Shown in pieces: positions 1 to 10,405 of a stretch of 64,000 nt of DNA. How positions within the stretch are numbered: position 1 is the first letter of the stretch; each line of letters begins with the position of its first letter. A program made the translations under genes and the position numbers. The notes beneath the pieces are model-generated. The model ran no database searches. It saw only the letters and a list, made by a program, of their open reading frames with translations, and was not told where the DNA came from. The DNA is taken from assembly GCA_963666835.2 (NCBI GenBank), contig CAXXGO010000001.1, positions 1,984,001 to 2,048,000 on the forward strand. Reading direction: 5' to 3'. This DNA comes from Phycisphaerae bacterium (GTDB lineage: Bacteria; Planctomycetota; Phycisphaerae; UBA1845).

Positions 1-673
1 CAGCATGCAATGTTACGGGGTGGACGTCGACTGCCCCGATGGACTGCGAGGCATCCAAGAGCGTTAGGGCTCCGGCCGCCTTCGCCTTGGCGAACAGAGA
101 AGCTACATCGTTCAGCCGCCCCGTTACGTTGGATGCATGGTTGATAGCGACGAGTGCCGGTTGATCGGCCAACGCTCGGTCGAACGCGTCAAGGTCAAGC
201 GATCCGGTTTGATCCAGACCTATGACTGAGACTCGAACCCCGCGGTTTTGCTGAAGATGGTTGATGGGTCGTAGAACCGAGTTGTGTTCCGTAACCGTTG
301 TGACGACATGTGCGTTCTGTCCCAGGTCGACCCCGGCGAAGGCGAGGTTAAGGGCGTGTGTCGCGTGCATGGTCAAGACGATGCGCGCGGGGTCATCGAC
401 CTTCAGAAGTGACGCAAGTCGGTGACGACATTCAGTTACTACGTCCTCGACGCGCCCGACCGTCCGGCCCGGGTGTGTCGGGATCTCTGTTAAGGCTTCC
501 GTTACGGCTTCTACTACGCCGGGCGCGCGCGGCCATCCTGTTGCTGCCGCGTTAAGGTATACCCTTCCTTTGGGATCATCGCGGAGTCTCTCAGGGGCAT
601 TACTTGTGGTGGTGCGGAGTGGCTCGGCCGATGCCGCCAATATGTCACTTGAATCCTGTCCGATTGTGCTCAC
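1..673 (-). CDS. Aminotransferase class V / cysteine desulfurase family protein (3' end beyond window; start uncertain)
   Basis: Translated by hand (absent from ORF track): VYLNAAATGWP, ATHALNLA, VVTTVTEHNSVLRP, INHASNVTG, LLDASQS. Frame is open to base 1; possible GTG start at 673. Confidence 0.85.
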   Translation of the reverse strand, partial: MSTIGQDSSDILAASAEPLRTTTSNAPERLRDDPKGRVYLNAAATGWPRAPGVVEAVTEALTEIPTHPGRTVGRVEDVVTECRHRLASLLKVDDPARIVLTMHATHALNLAFAGVDLGQNAHVVTTVTEHNSVLRPINHLQQNRGVRVSVIGLDQTGSLDLDAFDRALADQPALVAINHASNVTGRLNDVASLFAKAKAAGALTLLDASQSIGAVDVHPVTLHA

Positions 674-1062
674 CTCGCGTGGTCCGCTGGAAGCGGTCTA
701 GTCCTGGGTCGATGTTCATCGAGGGATCCGGCCGGAACGATGCGCCACCGTTCCATCCTTGGCTCAGCCGCAATCGATCGGGGGTCGCGTGATTTCTCTC
801 GGATGCCGGTTCGAGCTACTTTAGTTGCGGTAGCGCATGGGGCGTTGGCTTCGGAACCTGTGTTGAAGTGAAGGAGATAGTCGTGCCGCGTTCCCGCTTT
901 TTCGTTCGCGGCACGCTGCAACTTAACGCCGATGCGCAGAACGAACCATCCGCCCGTCCACCGGTTCGGAGGGTCCGGAATGCCCGATAAACAACTGGCT
1001 GCCGGATCATCTGAGATGCGCTCTGGCGAGAGCGTTGCGATCCACAGCCTGAGTTCCCGAGC

Positions 1063-1593
1063 CTAGCGGTCCAGAAGCAGAGAGAATCCTAGGCTCGTTC
1101 TTCCGTAGTATCCTCCGTGAGTGCCGACACGAAGCATCCAACCATCATGTCGTCGACCGGAGGGACGGCAGTGTCTGACCCAGCACCCGTGGAAGCGACT
1201 TCGCGAGGCGGGTACACACCGGCGGTAGTCGCCGAGACCGAAGTACGGGGCTGCGTTGATATGTAGGACCTTCCGCGGTGCGCATCGCGTGGTGCGATAG
1301 ACAACCGGCCTGGTGAAGCTGACGCAAGTTGACGACCGCGCAACCTGTCTGGCTCGGCCGCCCGAGCGGGCATACGTGCGACCGTATGCAGTGTATCTTG
1401 AGTCTGCGGTGTGCCCGCGGGCTGTTGTCGTTTGCCCTTGCGGTCGTTCATAGATGATCGGGGCCGGGAGAACCGCCGGAGTGTCGGCGTAGTGCGGGGA
1501 TGGTTCGGCGAACGACTCCGCACCTGTGGCCCCCAGGATGCTCGTCGCCGCAAACGCGGCAAGCAGGGCGCGGTACGAGGCTTGAATGGACAT
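1063..1593 (-). CDS. Hypothetical secreted protein
   Basis: ATG 1593 gives a signal-peptide-like N-terminus MSIQASYRALLAAFAATSILGATGAESFA; Arg/Tyr/His-rich body; no family recognised. Confidence 0.45.
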   Translation of the reverse strand: MSIQASYRALLAAFAATSILGATGAESFAEPSPHYADTPAVLPAPIIYERPQGQTTTARGHTADSRYTAYGRTYARSGGRARQVARSSTCVSFTRPVVYRTTRCAPRKVLHINAAPYFGLGDYRRCVPASRSRFHGCWVRHCRPSGRRHDGWMLRVGTHGGYYGRTSLGFSLLLDR

Positions 1594-2166
1594 CTCAGGC
1601 TCTCCGTTGATTCTCACAGATCTTCGGTGCCAAACCCACGCTATCACGGAACTCGCCCGGGAGGTGGCCGGATGGCATCCGTGCTAATAGACAACCGTCG
1701 TCCGGCGACGTTAGGGTCCGATAGTCGAAGCGGGGTGGAAGGTGGGAGATTGGGTGCCCATCGCCCGGCGCGGCGAATGGCAACGGCCTAATGGGTCGGT
1801 GGTTGCGTGTCCCATTCCAACGTCCAACACCACCTCGCCGCTTAAGAGGGTTTACCCGCAAGGCTGTCCTCCAGGGCGAGTCCGGAAGCGGACTCATGGT
1901 CATCTCAGGCGGTCGCTGCCGCGACCGGCGGCGTACACGCGCTTCGGCGATCATCCCCCGCAAGACTTGCTATCGCCTCGCAGAGTGCTACCATGGTTTT
2001 GGGCCGTGGTTCGTATCCTCGTCTGCAGGGGGCAGGTGAGGGTTGCGCCTTATTCGCGGTCGCGTCGAAATTGTCTTGACGGGCACGGGCGCGCGAGCCA
2101 TCATCAAGGAAAGAAGATCCTGCATTGCGCACGGGTCCTGCGCTTCATCCAAGGAGGGATGCTCTC

Positions 2167-5100
2167 ATGCTAGTTCACCGCTCGAATCTTGTTGTTATCG
2201 CAGTGGTCTGTCTGACGCGTGGCCCGGCTCGGGCTGATAGCGAGGCATGTTGCATCGAAGGAGGGGAGTGTATCGATGTGCCGGCGTTTGTGTGCATGGA
2301 CGAGTCGGGGACTCCGCAGGGCATCGGTACATACTGCCTGGGCGATAACGATGACCCGCCTAACGGTATCGATGACGCGTGCGAGGAAGCCGAAACCGAG
2401 GCCTGCTGCTACGGTGACCGGCTCTGTGTCGACGTAGTGCCGGCTGAATGCGCCGGCGAGTTTGAAGGTGATTCGATGGGCCCCGGAACCGCGTGTGGGG
2501 TGGACGAGAACGAGAACGGGATTGACGATGTGTGCGAAGGTGGTCTGGTGGAGGCGCGTTGGCTCGGCGGGAGCGGCGACTACCGGGATTCCGCCAAATG
2601 GGATGTCGGTGCGATCCCGTGCAACGCTGGCGGAGGGACGTATCTCGCAACGATCGATGTTGCTGATTCCGACGTGACGATCGACGCGGCGAGTTGTGAA
2701 GTGAAATCACTCACTATTGCTCATGACACCATTTTGACAGTAAGCGCGGCGGCGGAGTACACGGTGTTGGCGTCATCGGAGATTCACGGTACCCTCCAGG
2801 TGGATACGGCGACGTTTGAGAGTGACACATCCACGAATATCGACGGGGCTGACGTCCTCGTGAACAACGGCGTCGCGCAGTTGTTGGGCGCCGTAAGTTA
2901 CGCCCACGATGCCGCCGGAGACGGAGACGGCCGGACCCTCGCGGCGACGGGGACGACTGCTCTGCTGGATATGGTGTCCGTTACATCGATGACCCAAAGC
3001 CCGGTCGGAGGCCCTTTGGACGCGGCGGTGAAGATCCATGCATCCGCCGGGGGGCTGATCGATCTGGGCAGCCTGGTGACCATCGCCGGGGGGGCGACGG
3101 AAATCATGGCTACCGGAACCGACAGCCGGGTGGCACTATCGTTGTTGACCAGCATTATGGACACGAATCCCGGGACGGCATCGGTGATCCAGGCGACCCA
3201 GGGCGGACAAGTGAGCCTATCCAATCTGCTCGCCCTCGATGCGGTGAACCTCTTGTTCGACGGCACCGGAACGATGAGCACGCCGCTTATGACCACCTAC
3301 ACCAACGGGCTGGCGACGATCAGCGGGGGGGCGGCGGATCTGAGTGCCGTAACCAACGCGGCCGCAAGTACGTTCGAGGTCTCGGCCGGTTCGCTCGATC
3401 TGAGCAGTGCCGTCAATCTGACCGCAGGACGCGTGCGCGTGCACGGCTTAGCAACGGCCGATCTATCCAGTGCGTCGCAGATTGACAATGCCGGGTTCCA
3501 CGCCGTCACCGGGGCGACCCTTGCTGTGCCCGTTGCGACCACGTACGCGCATCATGCCGAATCCGACGGAGATGAGGTTACGTTCGAGGCAAGCGGTTCG
3601 GGCGGTTCCTTGGGCTTTGCGGTGTTGGGTGGAATAAGCCAGACGCACTCGGGCACGCCGGCCGGCTCGGCCCTGGTGCTACGCGCCACCGGGGGCGGGA
3701 CTTTGGACCTCGGCGCGGTCGGAACCATTACCGGAGGCGCGACCGAGATCCTCGCCTCCGGCACGTCAAGCGTTGTCGATCTTTCCGCGTTGACCGGCTT
3801 GACCGTGACCAACCCGGGTACCGCGTCTTCGATTTCGGCCCTCGCGGGCGGTTCCGTTCTTATAGGCAATGTTGCGGCCCTGACCCGTGTTGATGTTACC
3901 ATCGGCAGTGACAGCCAGGTGACCCTCTCAGATCCTTTCGTGTTGACTGAAGCGTCGCTGAGTTACGGCGGCGGGAATCTCAGCCCGACGGACGTCGCGG
4001 TGGTGGATGGCGGGTTGACGCTTGGCTCGGAGGCTACCGCCGCCAAGACCTTCCGTTTGTTGGGAACCAGCGAGTTCGCCGGCGACGTCGCGAGTGCTCA
4101 GCAGGTTCTGGTGCTCGGTGATGACCACGGTGATGCCACGGTGTCAGTTGCCGAGGGGTTCACGAATGCCGGGCAGGTGGTCGTCCGCTCGGACGACCCG
4201 GGGCACAGTTCGAGCCTGCTGGTCCTCAACGGTTCTCTGACGAACCTGGATGGTGGCGCGGTCTCAGTTTCTCCGGGGCAGGGGCCGGGGGTTGTACTGG
4301 GGGCCGAGATGGAAAACTACGGCAGCGTGTCGATCGCCACGGTCTCGGGAGCCGGTGCGGAGCTTGGCCGAAGCGGTGCAGCGCACTGTAACCAGGGACT
4401 GTTCGAGTTGGTGGGCGCCTTCGATATGCCGTTGGAGTTGATTGGAGACTCGTTCACTAATGACGTCGGCGGCGAGATCGCCGGCCACGGCTCGATCGAT
4501 GTCCGAGCTCTTGCGTTTAGCAACGACGGGTCGATCAGCCCGGGTACGCCGGGGAGCGCGGCGGGCAGCGGGACTGCAGCCGCGGCCTCGGAGATCGGAG
4601 CGCTTGAGTTCATTGGGGACTACTCGCAGAGCGCCTCCGGGGTGATGAAGGTCGAGATAGGCGGGCTCCAGGGTGGCGAGGACTTTGATTCGATTGAGGT
4701 GACCGGGCAGATTTCCCTGGCAGGAGAACTTGAGGTGGCTCTCGTGGGCGGGTTTGATCCCCCGAGCGGTACGGACTACGAGATCGTCGCGGGCGGGTCG
4801 GTCGTAGGGGAGTTCGATACTTCAACGCTGCCGGAATTAGGGTCTCCCCGGTGCCTGGCCGTTACCTACGCTCCTAATTCCGTGACCGTCGTATCGAGAG
4901 AGATAGGGATTGAGGCTCATCCGGCTGGGCAGGATGTCTGCGAGGACGACCGTGTAACGCTGTCAGTTACTCCAGTGGGGGCGGGTCCTTTCGAATACCT
5001 CTGGTACAAGAACGGGACGGTCGTTCCGGTTGCGGGCGCGCAAGAGCTGGTTCTGGATCCGGCGACGCTTGCGGATGAAGGAAGCTACACGGTCTCGGTC

Positions 5101-5604
5101 TCCAATGTGTGCGGAACCGTGACAAGCGATCCTGCAGATCTGGTCGTGCGGGCCCTGCCGAGGATCGTCGAGCAGCCCACCGGACGGGCAGTTTGCGAGG
5201 GTGCCCCGGTGGAGTTGTCCGTCATTGCGACGGGCGAGGAGCCGTTGCGGTTCCAGTGGCGTCACGATGGCCTGGACATTCCCAACGCCCGTGATGCTGC
5301 GTACTCGATCGATTGGGCCGGTTCGGAGGATGCCGGCGAGTATGAGGTGTTGGTCAGCAATTCATGCGCTGAGATTACGAGCGAAAGAGCCTTATTGACT
5401 GTCATAATTCCGCTATGGGGCGATTTAAATCGTGATTGTGCTACCGATTTGGACGACTACGCGGTGCTGGCGGGCTGCTTGTCGGGTCCGGTAGACGCGC
5501 CGCCGTCGGGTTGTACGGCGGCAGACCTTGATCTCAGCGGCGAATCAGTCGACTTGGCCGATTTCGCGGTTTTTCAGGGCGCTTTCGGGCGTACTCCACA
5601 ATAA
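2167..5604 (+). CDS. Large secreted surface protein: Cys-rich repeats, beta-helix-like passenger, two Ig-like domains, dockerin-like C-terminus
   Basis: AAGGAGG before ATG 2167; signal peptide; 2x EACC..G..C repeats; Gly/Ala/Thr-rich beta-solenoid-like core; two Ig motifs (YLWYKNG..DEGSYTV, FQWRHDG..DAGEYEV); tail GDLNRDCATDLDD...DLDLSGESVDLADF. Confidence 0.85.
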   Translation: MLVHRSNLVVIAVVCLTRGPARADSEACCIEGGECIDVPAFVCMDESGTPQGIGTYCLGDNDDPPNGIDDACEEAETEACCYGDRLCVDVVPAECAGEFEGDSMGPGTACGVDENENGIDDVCEGGLVEARWLGGSGDYRDSAKWDVGAIPCNAGGGTYLATIDVADSDVTIDAASCEVKSLTIAHDTILTVSAAAEYTVLASSEIHGTLQVDTATFESDTSTNIDGADVLVNNGVAQLLGAVSYAHDAAGDGDGRTLAATGTTALLDMVSVTSMTQSPVGGPLDAAVKIHASAGGLIDLGSLVTIAGGATEIMATGTDSRVALSLLTSIMDTNPGTASVIQATQGGQVSLSNLLALDAVNLLFDGTGTMSTPLMTTYTNGLATISGGAADLSAVTNAAASTFEVSAGSLDLSSAVNLTAGRVRVHGLATADLSSASQIDNAGFHAVTGATLAVPVATTYAHHAESDGDEVTFEASGSGGSLGFAVLGGISQTHSGTPAGSALVLRATGGGTLDLGAVGTITGGATEILASGTSSVVDLSALTGLTVTNPGTASSISALAGGSVLIGNVAALTRVDVTIGSDSQVTLSDPFVLTEASLSYGGGNLSPTDVAVVDGGLTLGSEATAAKTFRLLGTSEFAGDVASAQQVLVLGDDHGDATVSVAEGFTNAGQVVVRSDDPGHSSSLLVLNGSLTNLDGGAVSVSPGQGPGVVLGAEMENYGSVSIATVSGAGAELGRSGAAHCNQGLFELVGAFDMPLELIGDSFTNDVGGEIAGHGSIDVRALAFSNDGSISPGTPGSAAGSGTAAAASEIGALEFIGDYSQSASGVMKVEIGGLQGGEDFDSIEVTGQISLAGELEVALVGGFDPPSGTDYEIVAGGSVVGEFDTSTLPELGSPRCLAVTYAPNSVTVVSREIGIEAHPAGQDVCEDDRVTLSVTPVGAGPFEYLWYKNGTVVPVAGAQELVLDPATLADEGSYTVSVSNVCGTVTSDPADLVVRALPRIVEQPTGRAVCEGAPVELSVIATGEEPLRFQWRHDGLDIPNARDAAYSIDWAGSEDAGEYEVLVSNSCAEITSERALLTVIIPLWGDLNRDCATDLDDYAVLAGCLSGPVDAPPSGCTAADLDLSGESVDLADFAVFQGAFGRTPQ

Positions 5605-6871
5605 CGCGCGTACACTACTCGATTCACACGCAGCGAAGCCGAAGGCATGAGGATCGTGCGCTAGACACGAGTGATCTCACGATTGCGGTCTAGAGTGTGG
5701 ATATTTGGAGGGTTGTTTGCGTGGGTGTTTGGGCAAGGAGGCGTACTTGGCCCATCGATCGGAAGATCCATGTGAGTGCGAAATAGTCTCGGCGGCGGGA
5801 AGCACGCTGTTGCGGTAAGCGGCGACGCGAGTACTGATGCCATCGGCTTTGGCGGCCCGGAGAACTTCGTAAGTGGTTTGAGAATCAATGTTTGTGGCTG
5901 GACCTGCGCAGCCGTTGTCGGTGATGGCGGGTAGGCCCCTCTTGAAGGCTATCGCCGTGATGGCGAACAACCTGGGACGGTGCCCCGTTATAAAACCCCT
6001 AAATTAACACGAAGCTGGCTGAAGGAGAATGCCTAAATGGCCATGGGTAATGCGTCTCAGTGCCTGCGCAGGCGGTGTTTGCAGTTGCCCTGGTAACGGG
6101 GCAGGGCGCGCCTTGAGGGCATCTTCCTTGGCCCATGCTTCCTATCATAGTGTTGTCGGATACCGTCGCCTCTCCCGGTCTGCCATGTTCAGATAGCGTC
6201 CGAGATATTTCCCAGCTTATCAGTTTCTTTATGCGGAACGCGCTTCCATCTTACGCGGGATGCTAGTATCATTATGCACGTCAGGTTACTCGGAAGGGTC
6301 GCTCTTTCGGCGCATGTTCGGCATTTTCGGAGTTCGGTCGCGTAGAGTGCTGTCGGATGGTCGGCGTGGGCGTTTCGGTGTCCGTCGTTTCTATGCTGTC
6401 AGCGTGCAGACCCGAGCTCAAGAAGAAATGAGTTTTGGTGTGTTATGGCCTCGCTTGCGTTGGCGTTACGGTATGTGACGTTGATCGGCGAGTCGTGTGA
6501 GTAGCTCAGGTGTAATCCGTCGAGAAGTGTGGATGCACAGTGCATTTCGGCGTTGTTCTACGGGTCGTATGTCTGAAAAGGGCATCTGCATCCGTTCCCG
6601 GCGGTTTGTAGGGAGCAAGGAGAGCAAGCAGTGGCAGTGCGGGATTAGGCAGGTGATCCCGTAGAGACGGTTGGGCGCGCGCGGGCGGAATCCGTTGCGT
6701 AGTGATGAGGCTAGGCGACATCTGGACCTGCGATGGAGTAATGGAGGATTGCGGACGACGTAAAGCGAGGAATACGTTGAGAGACGGTGCCATATATACG
6801 GCATCATAGTTGACGAGGGGTACGACATTTTGTCTGGGAAGTTGACAGAGACATTTCAGAGGAGTGATGAC

Positions 6872-8908
6872 ATGCGAAGTGTAGGTTGTATTGTGAGCGT
6901 CTTGTTGGTTGGATTGGTTGCCACGGCCAGTGCTGCACCTTCCGAGGGACCGGAGATGCTGACGCTTAATCCGTTGGAAACGTGCGTTACGGATGATCCT
7001 GGTATTATCGAAGTCGAGGTGGTGCTTGATGGTATTGTAACCCCCATTAACGGTGTGCAGTTCAATCTTGCCTGGAATCCGGATTCCTGCTGGCAGGTCG
7101 AGAAGGCGGAGGACGATGCCCGGCCGGCCGAGGGCTGGACTCAGATCGGTGAGGAGATCGACTTCGGCAGTGTTTTCTATGCCGTTAATCGGGTGGACGC
7201 GGTTACCGAGGCCGGGGTGGTGGCCGTGATCCGCTTCACCTCGACTCTTGACGAGAATGCCTGCTGTGTAGAGGAGATTTGCCTGGATATGGGGGTCTTC
7301 CCGGAGACCAAGGTGTTCGGCGATCCGGCTCCCTATGCGAGCTATCCGACTTTCGGGGAATGCCAGATTCTGCGGAACGACGCGGAACCCCCGGAGATCG
7401 CCTGTGGGCCGGACAAGTACGTGTATACGCTCCCCGGAGTATGCTGGTGGAAGCCGGCCGATGCGGGAGATCCGATCGAGAAGCCGGTGGTGACGGACAA
7501 CTGTGACGACGATACCTGCCCGACGGGGACATCATACTGGCGCGAGGATAAGGACGCCCCTGACAAGGGCCTAAACAACAAGTACTGGGCGGATCGCCCG
7601 CCGGTGGATATCACGTGGACGGCGACCGATTGCTGCGGGCAGATGGATGAGTGCGTGCAGGTGATTGATGTACACGACAACGAGGCCCCGACGATTCTGC
7701 CGGACGGCGGTCGGACCGAAGTGTACGCAGACGAGTACTGCCTGTATGAGCTCGAGGATGTGCGGGACATCTACACGATCACGGATAACTGCGACCCGGA
7801 TCCGCAGGTTGTGCAAGATCCGATGCCGGGCGGTATCTACGGCTTGGGGCCGATCGACATCGTCATCGGTGCGAACGATAGCCACGGGAACAACGCGACG
7901 GTCAACGGGTTGATCACCGTTGTGGATGTGTTGCCGCCGACGTTCACCATCGTGCCGGAGAATATCGAGATGTGCGCGGACGCCGGCGAGTGCGGCGCCA
8001 TGGTTGAGTGGGCAATCGGGGCTGAGGACGAGTGCGGCGCTGCCTGCACGATTTGCGATCCGCCGTCGGGCTCCACGTTCCCGATCGGGACGACCTCGGT
8101 GACTTGCACCGCGAAGGACGAGTCGGATAACACGACCGAGGTCACCTTCGAAGTTACGGTCAGGCCGTGCTGGAACCTGGATGTCACCGTCGAGCTGCGC
8201 GGGTTCACCGGTCCGCGGCCGTTCGATCGCTGCATGGAGTTCGAGCTGTCTGATTGTGAGTATGGCGCTCTCGCTCCGGTAGTGCTTAATGACGTTATGA
8301 CGTTCGAAACGGGTGTTGGTAACTTGCAGATGGAGGTGCCGGTACCCGAGGTCTGCATCCCCGGGATGTTCGATTGCATGCGGGCTCAGGACGTACGGTA
8401 TTCAATGTGGTCGAATATCGCTCCGCCCAGTATTTACGTGTCACCCGATCAGCGGACGATCATGGCCCAGTGGGTGGGCGATGATGCCTTGATGCTCGGT
8501 GATCTGAACGGCGATAACGGTGTCGACCTGTGGGATTGGCACGTTTGGCTCAGCCAGGCCCAGGACCCGACTCTGATTCCGGAGCTTCCGGCGGACTTGT
8601 GCGATCCGGCGTTCCTGGATCCGACCCTGTTTGCGAATCAGCATTCCGACTTCAGCGGTGACCACCGCGTGACGTCGACGGACTTCGGCCACATTTACGA
8701 CAACTTCGGTCTCCAGGGCGATTGGGATTGCTGCAGCGTTAATCCGGTCCCGGCTCTGGCTACGTCGATGACGGTTGAGGAGCTCGAATCTGCCGGTATG
8801 GGGCTCTTGATCAAGTATGATCGGAACCATGACGGCGTCGTGGATGTACAGGACCTTCGTCTGCGGACTGACGGAGCCAAGACGAAGCGCACTCGAGTCC
8901 GTCGGTAG
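6872..8908 (+). CDS. Secreted cohesin-like + HYR-domain + dockerin-like protein (putative adaptor scaffoldin)
   Basis: GAGGAG before ATG 6872; signal peptide; IEVEVVLD..INGVQFNLAWNP..VAVIRF cohesin-like pattern; HYR motif PPSGSTFPIGTTSVTCTAKD; EF-hand-like GDLNGDNGVDLWD, DFSGDHRVTSTDF, DRNHDGVVDVQD. Confidence 0.8.
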   Translation: MRSVGCIVSVLLVGLVATASAAPSEGPEMLTLNPLETCVTDDPGIIEVEVVLDGIVTPINGVQFNLAWNPDSCWQVEKAEDDARPAEGWTQIGEEIDFGSVFYAVNRVDAVTEAGVVAVIRFTSTLDENACCVEEICLDMGVFPETKVFGDPAPYASYPTFGECQILRNDAEPPEIACGPDKYVYTLPGVCWWKPADAGDPIEKPVVTDNCDDDTCPTGTSYWREDKDAPDKGLNNKYWADRPPVDITWTATDCCGQMDECVQVIDVHDNEAPTILPDGGRTEVYADEYCLYELEDVRDIYTITDNCDPDPQVVQDPMPGGIYGLGPIDIVIGANDSHGNNATVNGLITVVDVLPPTFTIVPENIEMCADAGECGAMVEWAIGAEDECGAACTICDPPSGSTFPIGTTSVTCTAKDESDNTTEVTFEVTVRPCWNLDVTVELRGFTGPRPFDRCMEFELSDCEYGALAPVVLNDVMTFETGVGNLQMEVPVPEVCIPGMFDCMRAQDVRYSMWSNIAPPSIYVSPDQRTIMAQWVGDDALMLGDLNGDNGVDLWDWHVWLSQAQDPTLIPELPADLCDPAFLDPTLFANQHSDFSGDHRVTSTDFGHIYDNFGLQGDWDCCSVNPVPALATSMTVEELESAGMGLLIKYDRNHDGVVDVQDLRLRTDGAKTKRTRVRR

Positions 8909-9000
8909 TCGGCACGATTGGAGTGGCAACCCTGAGAGGATCAGAGAGGTGGTCGGCCAAGAGAGCGGACCTCTCTAATCCGTTGGGGCGGGTTGGCCGA

Positions 9001-9049
9001 CGGGGCATCGCGTGGCGCGGGGCCGATAGCGGTCCTGCGCCACGCCCCG
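9001..9049 (+). terminator. Strong hairpin downstream of the 6872-8908 gene
   Basis: 16-bp stem GCGTGGCGCGGGGCCG / CGGTCCTGCGCCACGC with ATAG loop and two G-U pairs favouring the + strand; no immediate U-tract. Confidence 0.45.
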
Positions 9050-9187
9050 ACGGGCCAGCAGTCCTTGCTTTGTAGTCTTGTGAAAGAGCGCGACCCTACC
9101 TCCAAAACGCGGCGAAATCGCGATGCCGCCAGGGGGGTGGGCATGATCTCTTCGCAAAAGGGGGGATCATCATAGGAGGTTTTCGGG

Positions 9188-9472
9188 ATGGAGGTCGACT
9201 CAGTTGCACTGCGTACGGCGCTCGCCGCGATCGGGTGCAGCGATAGCTTCATTGCATCCGTGTTGGCCAGTGCTGAATGCTGGGACGGTATGCGCGAGTC
9301 AGCGACGCCGGCGCGGAACGCTCAGATGAGCCCGGCGCAAGTGTCTCCTCCGGTCGAAGCTGGCGGGGAGGAGTTTGAACCGCTCACGGAGCTCTATCGA
9401 GTAATGCTGGAGCCTGGGTGCGCCGGTACCAACGGGCATCGGTACGTTCAGCCGCAGCGTTCCTGTCGGTAG
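9188..9472 (+). CDS. Small hypothetical protein (94 aa), N-terminus paralogous to the downstream RHH protein
   Basis: AGGAGG RBS; N-terminal ~34 aa align with those of 9968-10405. Confidence 0.6.
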   Translation: MEVDSVALRTALAAIGCSDSFIASVLASAECWDGMRESATPARNAQMSPAQVSPPVEAGGEEFEPLTELYRVMLEPGCAGTNGHRYVQPQRSCR

Positions 9473-9763
9473 CAGCATCCACAACGCGGTAGGAGTTCGA
9501 TAGCGAAGGGCGGCCCGCACGGACGGGTCGCCCTTCTTCTGTTTGGTCGTAGTTCGTTTCAGCCGGTGGGCTTAGCCGTCGCAGCACTCAACGGTCATCC
9601 TTGCTCGCCGGGAGCGGGCTTGCACTTCGCCGAATTCCCAGCAGGGCTAACACCCAGAAAGACCCGGCGGTTCGAGTGGCCGAGGCGATCGCGAAAGTAG
9701 GCGGATCAAACCCGAGCCCAGGACGGCCGCCGCAAAAATTCTTGAAAGAAACCAGAAATAGGT

Positions 9764-9814
9764 TTGACATGCCGTACCCATGGTGTACACTTATTGTACT
9801 GGTGTTGTCCACTT
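9764..9814 (+). promoter_or_regulatory. Sigma70-type promoter overlapped by an 11-bp-phased GTAC operator array
   Basis: TTGACA 9764-9769, 16-nt spacer, TACACT 9786-9791; GTAC at 9774, 9785, 9796 and GTCC at 9807. Confidence 0.6.
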
Positions 9815-9967
9815 GCAGGGTACGAAAGGTGGCTATCAGATGGCTACTGGCGTATTCAAGGCTGGTGGTCGAGAGTTGGGCACGGCAGACGGTCGGCCGC
9901 CTTTGGCTGAACGGGGCAGTGGCTGGTGTGATAGGTCGTGAAATGGTTCGGATTGGGGAGGATCGGG

Positions 9968-10405
9968 ATGGACGTTAACCGGACCCAACTGACGGAGGCG
10001 CTCCGGGCGGTCGGGCTGGGCGAGGCGGCGGTTGACAGGGTCGTCAGCGTCGTTGAGCAGCTTGGCATGCATTCTGGGCGTCGTGATCCTGTAGTTCTGG
10101 CGCAAGGCCGGCGGCGGGAGTCGGCCAAGAACGGTGGAGGCGCGGAGCGGCGGAAAACGCTGGATCAGAAGATCCAGACGAAGTTCGACACCGCTACGCG
10201 GCAGGACATCGAGGATCTGTCCCAGTACTTCGGCGTTCCGGCGTCCGAGGTCATTCGGACGGCGTTTCGGGTCTATGCCTGGGCAAGACAGCAAGTCGCC
10301 AAGGGTATGGACGTTGGAGCGTACGACAGCGAGCGTGGGATGTTCATTGCTTATGATATTCCGTACGCGACCCCGCCGGTGGGGACAGTAGCTGACGGGA
10401 GATAG
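9968..10405 (+). CDS. Ribbon-helix-helix (CopG/Arc-like) DNA-binding protein with N-terminal helical extension
   Basis: KIQTKFDTATRQDIEDLSQYFGVPASEVIRTAF fits the RHH strand-helix-helix pattern; GGGGAGG upstream of ATG 9968. Confidence 0.7.
   Translation: MDVNRTQLTEALRAVGLGEAAVDRVVSVVEQLGMHSGRRDPVVLAQGRRRESAKNGGGAERRKTLDQKIQTKFDTATRQDIEDLSQYFGVPASEVIRTAFRVYAWARQQVAKGMDVGAYDSERGMFIAYDIPYATPPVGTVADGR

Noticed and set aside
670..921. 83-aa ORF whose stop overlaps the desulfurase GTG
   Set aside because: TTG start, no RBS and no recognisable family; the overlap may be chance.
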